Shown: piece after piece, positions 60,244 to 64,000 of the stretch
Layout of the letters: every line of letters begins with the position of its first letter
How positions within the stretch are numbered: the stretch's first letter is position 1
Assembly (NCBI GenBank): GCA_017535105.1
Contig: JAFXUI010000001.1
Span: 11,207 to 75,206, forward strand
Reading direction: 5' to 3'
DNA length: 64,000 bases
From: Alphaproteobacteria bacterium
Lineage (GTDB): Bacteria; Pseudomonadota; Alphaproteobacteria; Rs-D84
The notes under the pieces: model-generated
Database searches by the model: none
Seen by the model: the letters and a program-made list of their open reading frames with translations, nothing else
What the model was told of the DNA's origin: nothing
Translations under genes and position numbers: made by a program

Positions 60244-61896
60244 ATGACAGCATACGATGTAATCATTGTTGGTGGGGGGCATGCCGGGGTTGAAGCCGCC
60301 GCGGCCTCTGCGCGTCGTGGTGCAAAAACATTGCTTTTAACTATGCGCGAAAGTGATATTGGTGCAATGAGTTGTAATCCATCAATGGGGGGGCCCGGTA
60401 AATCACAAATGATTGCGGAACTTGATGCACTGGGTGGTGTAATGCCACGCGGTGCGGATGCCGCCGGCATTCATTTTAGAACATTAAATGCATCACACGG
60501 CGCGGCGACACGCGCACTGCGCGCACAAATTGATCGCAACCTTTATCACAACGCCGTTCAAAAAATACTTAGCGAATATAAAACGCTTGATATCGTGTAT
60601 GCGCCGGTGGAAACCATTGATATTAAAAACAGAACTGTAAATAACGAATATCAATTTGGTGCGATTGTTTTTACAACTGGAACTTTTTTACACGGACTTG
60701 TCACACGTGGCGCAGAAAAAACACCATCGGGTCGTATAATGGACAACGGCGAATACCAATCGCCCGACACTCATATTTCCGATGTATTGCGCAATGCTGG
60801 ATTCCGCCTTATGCGATTAAAGACTGGAACACCGGCGCGTATTTATCGCGACAGTATAAACTTTGCGGTTTGTGAATTACAGCCGGGCGACCAACCGCAC
60901 GATTGGTTCAGCGAACCAAATGCGAAAAACAATTTCGATGCTGTTTGCTATATCACACACACGACCGAACAGACCCACAAAATAATTCGTGAAAATATTT
61001 CGGGCGCCCCAATGTATAATGGTGATATTGAGGGCATCGGTCCGCGTTATTGCCCAAGTCTGGAAGACAAGGTTATGCGTTTTCCATCACACACTTCACA
61101 CCATGTGTTTTTAGAACCCGAAGGACTGGACAGCGATTTAATTTATCCAAATGGAATTTCAACAAGTTTTGGTGCCGATATCCAAGACAAATGGATTCGC
61201 ACAATTCCGGGTTTGGAAAATGCGCGTATTGCGCGATATGGCTATGCGATTGAATATGATGCGATTGATGCGCGCGCACTGAATGATAAATTACAAAGTA
61301 AAGACATTCCATATCTGTTCTTTGCGGGACAAATTAATGGCACATCTGGGTACGAAGAAGCCGCCGCCCAGGGTATCGTTGCGGGCGCAAATGCCGCCGC
61401 ATACGCATTGGACGCGACATATTTAGAATTAGATAGAACCAACTCTATGATTGGTGTTTTGATTGACGACATAACAACACTTGGTGTGGACGAACCATAT
61501 CGTATGTTCACATCACGCGCAGAATATCGATTGAATTTGCGTGCCGATAACGCAATCGCGCGCCTTGGTACAATGGGTGTGAAATGTGGTTTAATTACGG
61601 AAAAGCAATTTGATAAAAAATATAAACTGCACGAAAAAGAAATAAAAGAAAATGATAAGTTCTATGCTGGCTATATCCAGCGCAACGAACGGGAAATCGC
61701 CGCATACAAGCGGGACGCGAACCTGAAAATTCCGACCGATTTTGATTATTCTGGAATGCCGGGACTGACCAATGAACTGATCGAAAAATTGAACATGACC
61801 AGACCCGAAAATATTGCCGACATGTCGCGCATACCGGGTATGACCCCGGCGGGAATTATGGTCGTGTTAAGAAAGATTAAAAACGGAAATAATTAG
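60244..61896 (+). CDS. mnmG: tRNA uridine 5-carboxymethylaminomethyl modification enzyme MnmG (GidA), compact 550 aa form
   Basis: It has the FAD-binding N-terminus DVIIVGGGHAGVEAA, GIEGIGPRYCPSLEDKVMRF, YPNGISTS, FFAGQINGTSGYEEAAAQG, and the C-terminal SRIPGMTPAG. Confidence 0.9.
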   Translation: MTAYDVIIVGGGHAGVEAAAASARRGAKTLLLTMRESDIGAMSCNPSMGGPGKSQMIAELDALGGVMPRGADAAGIHFRTLNASHGAATRALRAQIDRNLYHNAVQKILSEYKTLDIVYAPVETIDIKNRTVNNEYQFGAIVFTTGTFLHGLVTRGAEKTPSGRIMDNGEYQSPDTHISDVLRNAGFRLMRLKTGTPARIYRDSINFAVCELQPGDQPHDWFSEPNAKNNFDAVCYITHTTEQTHKIIRENISGAPMYNGDIEGIGPRYCPSLEDKVMRFPSHTSHHVFLEPEGLDSDLIYPNGISTSFGADIQDKWIRTIPGLENARIARYGYAIEYDAIDARALNDKLQSKDIPYLFFAGQINGTSGYEEAAAQGIVAGANAAAYALDATYLELDRTNSMIGVLIDDITTLGVDEPYRMFTSRAEYRLNLRADNAIARLGTMGVKCGLITEKQFDKKYKLHEKEIKENDKFYAGYIQRNEREIAAYKRDANLKIPTDFDYSGMPGLTNELIEKLNMTRPENIADMSRIPGMTPAGIMVVLRKIKNGNN

Positions 61897-61922
61897 AGAG
61901 AATAACTCACAAGGAAAACATA

Positions 61923-62411
61923 ATGAAAGAAAATTTGAAAGAAGGTCTTAAAAGAAACATCTATCACGAATTGGCTACACATGATGTCGTAAAAAAAGAA
62001 GAGAAAGACAGATTTACCGGTTCTTTTAGCCACATGAGTTACACATTTGGAAAATATCGCATAGAAAAACATTGGGATTATATAAGCATGTCTAAGTTCA
62101 ACCCAGATAATAATCACTTTGTTTATATGAATAACGCGGGTTGGGACGATGATTACCCAACAAACACAACATATGAAATATATATTGCGGCCATGAATAA
62201 AGCCGAGGGTAAAAAATATAAAGACCCATATAAAATACCAGCGAAAGAAACCATAAAAGATTCACAAAAACGTTTTAAACAAGAAATGTTGGAAAACGCT
62301 GCGGACTTTTTGCCATATGACATGCCAAAGCAACTGGCATTACGTACAATCGCTGAAATGAAACAGGTTTTAACAAACAACCTGAAAAAACATTATACAA
62401 AACAGAAATAA
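61923..62411 (+). CDS. Hypothetical protein, tandem paralog 1 (162 aa)
   Basis: Its C-terminal half shares the pattern NKAxGK..PY......T......F...M..NA...FPYD.......IAEMK with the next ORF. Confidence 0.45.
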   Translation: MKENLKEGLKRNIYHELATHDVVKKEEKDRFTGSFSHMSYTFGKYRIEKHWDYISMSKFNPDNNHFVYMNNAGWDDDYPTNTTYEIYIAAMNKAEGKKYKDPYKIPAKETIKDSQKRFKQEMLENAADFLPYDMPKQLALRTIAEMKQVLTNNLKKHYTKQK

Positions 62412-62457
62412 AAAAACGGGGGACCGAAGAGAGAATAAAACCCAAAAGGAACCCACT

Positions 62458-62901
62458 ATGCAACTAACAATCGCCGATATAAAAGACATTTGGTATAACA
62501 TCTCAACTCAGAAAATACAAATAGACTCTATTTTTGGAGTCAAAGAATATTCTTTTGGTCCTTTTGCTATTCTTCCAAGTGAAACACATATATCTGTTTG
62601 TAAAAATGGCAAGGTAATAGACGAATGGAAATCAGCATATAATTCCAAAGATGACCCCATTTATCAAATGTCTGTTGCAGTTAAAAACAAAGCGAACGGC
62701 AAGCCTTTTATAAACCCATATGAAAATATGTCTGTGGATACAACCGTCCAAAAGTGTGCAAACACTTTTGAAAAAGTAATGATCAAAAACGCCGGTGCTG
62801 TATTTCCATATGATTATCGCAAGGATAAAGAGAAATACACACAAGTTATCGCTGAAATGAAAACCATTTTCGCCGACAAAATCCGCCAAAAAATCAAATA
62901 A
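62458..62901 (+). CDS. Hypothetical protein, tandem paralog 2 (147 aa)
   Basis: It is a paralog of 61923..62411 with a good Shine-Dalgarno (AAAAGGAACCC). Confidence 0.45.
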   Translation: MQLTIADIKDIWYNISTQKIQIDSIFGVKEYSFGPFAILPSETHISVCKNGKVIDEWKSAYNSKDDPIYQMSVAVKNKANGKPFINPYENMSVDTTVQKCANTFEKVMIKNAGAVFPYDYRKDKEKYTQVIAEMKTIFADKIRQKIK

Positions 62902-62948
62902 TAAAAACCTTGAAATTCGGGGTTTTGTCGTCTATGATAGCAACCGTT

Positions 62949-63024
62949 GCCGGTGTAGCTCAGCTGGTAGAGCATCTCATTCGTAATGAGGGGGTCGTAG
63001 GTTCAAGTCCTATCACCGGCACCA
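62949..63024 (+). tRNA. tRNA-Thr (anticodon CGU)
   Basis: The cloverleaf was read by hand: acceptor GCCGGTG/CACCGGC, anticodon loop TTCGTAA, and an encoded CCA. Confidence 0.85.
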
Positions 63025-63089
63025 CATAAAGAAACAAAATGAACACAAAAACGATAATTATTATTAAATAAACTCGGCGCTGCGCTTTG

Positions 63090-63112
63090 GCGGTGGCTGG
63101 GGCGCATGTGGC
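63090..63112 (+). terminator. GC-rich hairpin plus T-tract downstream of tRNA-Thr
   Basis: gggcgc atgtg gcgccc gttttt. Confidence 0.5.
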
Positions 63113-63143
63113 GCCCGTTTTTAATAAATAAAAAGGATAAAAC

Positions 63144-64000
63144 ATGGCATATCCAAAAACAGAAGCACGTGCAAACTTTCCAGAACTGGAACATCAAATA
63201 ATTCAATTCTGGCGCGATGACAATACATTTCATAAATCGTTAAATCGTACGAAATTGGGACATCCATTTTCGTTCTATGACGGTCCACCGTTTGGAAACG
63301 GTCTGCCACACTGGGGACATTTGGGCGTGTCGTCTATTAAAGATATGGTTTCGCGTTATAAAACAATGCGCGGTTATCACGTGATGCGTGAACTGGGGTG
63401 GGATTGCCATGGTCTGCCCGCAGAAAACAGCGTTGAAAAAAAGCAGGGAAAGTCCGCCAAAGATATTGTTGCGGAATCTGGTATTGCCGCATTTTGTGAC
63501 ATGTGCCGCACAGACGTTATGACATATACAAACGAATGGTTGCAATACATTGAACGCATTGGTCGTTGGGTTGACGGTGGTGATAACTATGGTTATCGCA
63601 CCATGGATAAAAACTATATGGAATCTGTAATCTGGGCATTGAAACAGTTGTATGACAAGGGTTTGCTCTATAAAGATTTCAAGGTCAATCCATACGACTG
63701 GAAATTAGGAACGGTTTTATCAAACAGTGAAGCGTCCAGCGAATATCAAGACGTTGTTGACGATACTGTGACTGTTTGGTTTGAACTGGAAAATGGTGAC
63801 CGCGTTATAGCGTGGACCACAACACCGTGGACATTGCCGGCAAACTCTGCATTGGCGGTGAACCCCAATATGAAATATGTTCGTATGAAGCATAATGACG
63901 GCCACGTGTATATCTTGGCGGAATCACGTTTGTCCGCATACGAAAAGATTTTTGCTGAATCTGAAAACTTGGGTACGGTAATGGGGGCCGATTTAATCGG
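63144..64000 (+). CDS. ileS: Isoleucyl-tRNA synthetase (type 2, eukaryote-like), N-terminal part; continues past the window end
   Basis: FSFYDGPPFGNGLPHWGHL is the HIGH-type motif. TTTPWTLPAN is the conserved WTTTPWT element. There is no stop before position 64000. Confidence 0.88.
   Translation, partial: MAYPKTEARANFPELEHQIIQFWRDDNTFHKSLNRTKLGHPFSFYDGPPFGNGLPHWGHLGVSSIKDMVSRYKTMRGYHVMRELGWDCHGLPAENSVEKKQGKSAKDIVAESGIAAFCDMCRTDVMTYTNEWLQYIERIGRWVDGGDNYGYRTMDKNYMESVIWALKQLYDKGLLYKDFKVNPYDWKLGTVLSNSEASSEYQDVVDDTVTVWFELENGDRVIAWTTTPWTLPANSALAVNPNMKYVRMKHNDGHVYILAESRLSAYEKIFAESENLGTVMGADLI

Overview
This 64 kb window looks like an AT-rich chromosomal segment of an alphaproteobacterium with scrambled synteny and several shortened genes. 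That pattern fits a reduced, possibly host-associated genome (Rickettsiales or Holosporales-like), but this is inferred from gene content only. It is densely packed with housekeeping genes: dnaX, skp-lpxD-fabZ, rlmN, surA-like, lptD, lptF/G, nusA, infB, rsmE, a pseudouridine synthase, rpoH, a yfgM-like gene, a bamB-like gene, recF, an sspB-like gene, gpsA, rsmG-parA-parB, pal, infC, der, pnp, ybaB, xseB, mutS, truB, rpsO, accB, accC, rnpA, yidD, mreB, metG, queH, fabD, fabG, mnmG and a partial ileS. There are four tRNAs: Val-UAC, Cys-GCA, Val-GAC and Thr-CGU. The accessory or unusual content is: (1) three tandem genes at the left edge encoding very large proteins (about 400-450 aa or more), each with a prepilin-type N-terminus; (2) a separate small type IV pilin-like gene next to an OmpA-family lipoprotein just after dnaX; (3) an orphan type IV secretion coupling protein (VirD4/TraG-like) between infB and rsmE; (4) a pair of diverged paralogous genes of unknown function (both start MRLRYITCSDPRE) flanking an OmpA-like lipoprotein, directly beside tRNA-Val; the 3' 21 nt of that tRNA are repeated 144 bp downstream, which may be a relic integration site; (5) a second tandem pair of diverged paralogous unknown genes between mnmG and tRNA-Thr; (6) a TolC, membrane-fusion protein and FtsX-type permease efflux operon with no ATPase gene; and (7) a dispersed family of near-identical palindromic A-tract/T-tract hairpins (core ACACCGGCAAATGCCGGTGT) at almost every convergent gene junction. 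I found no rRNA, CRISPR array, transposase or integrase.
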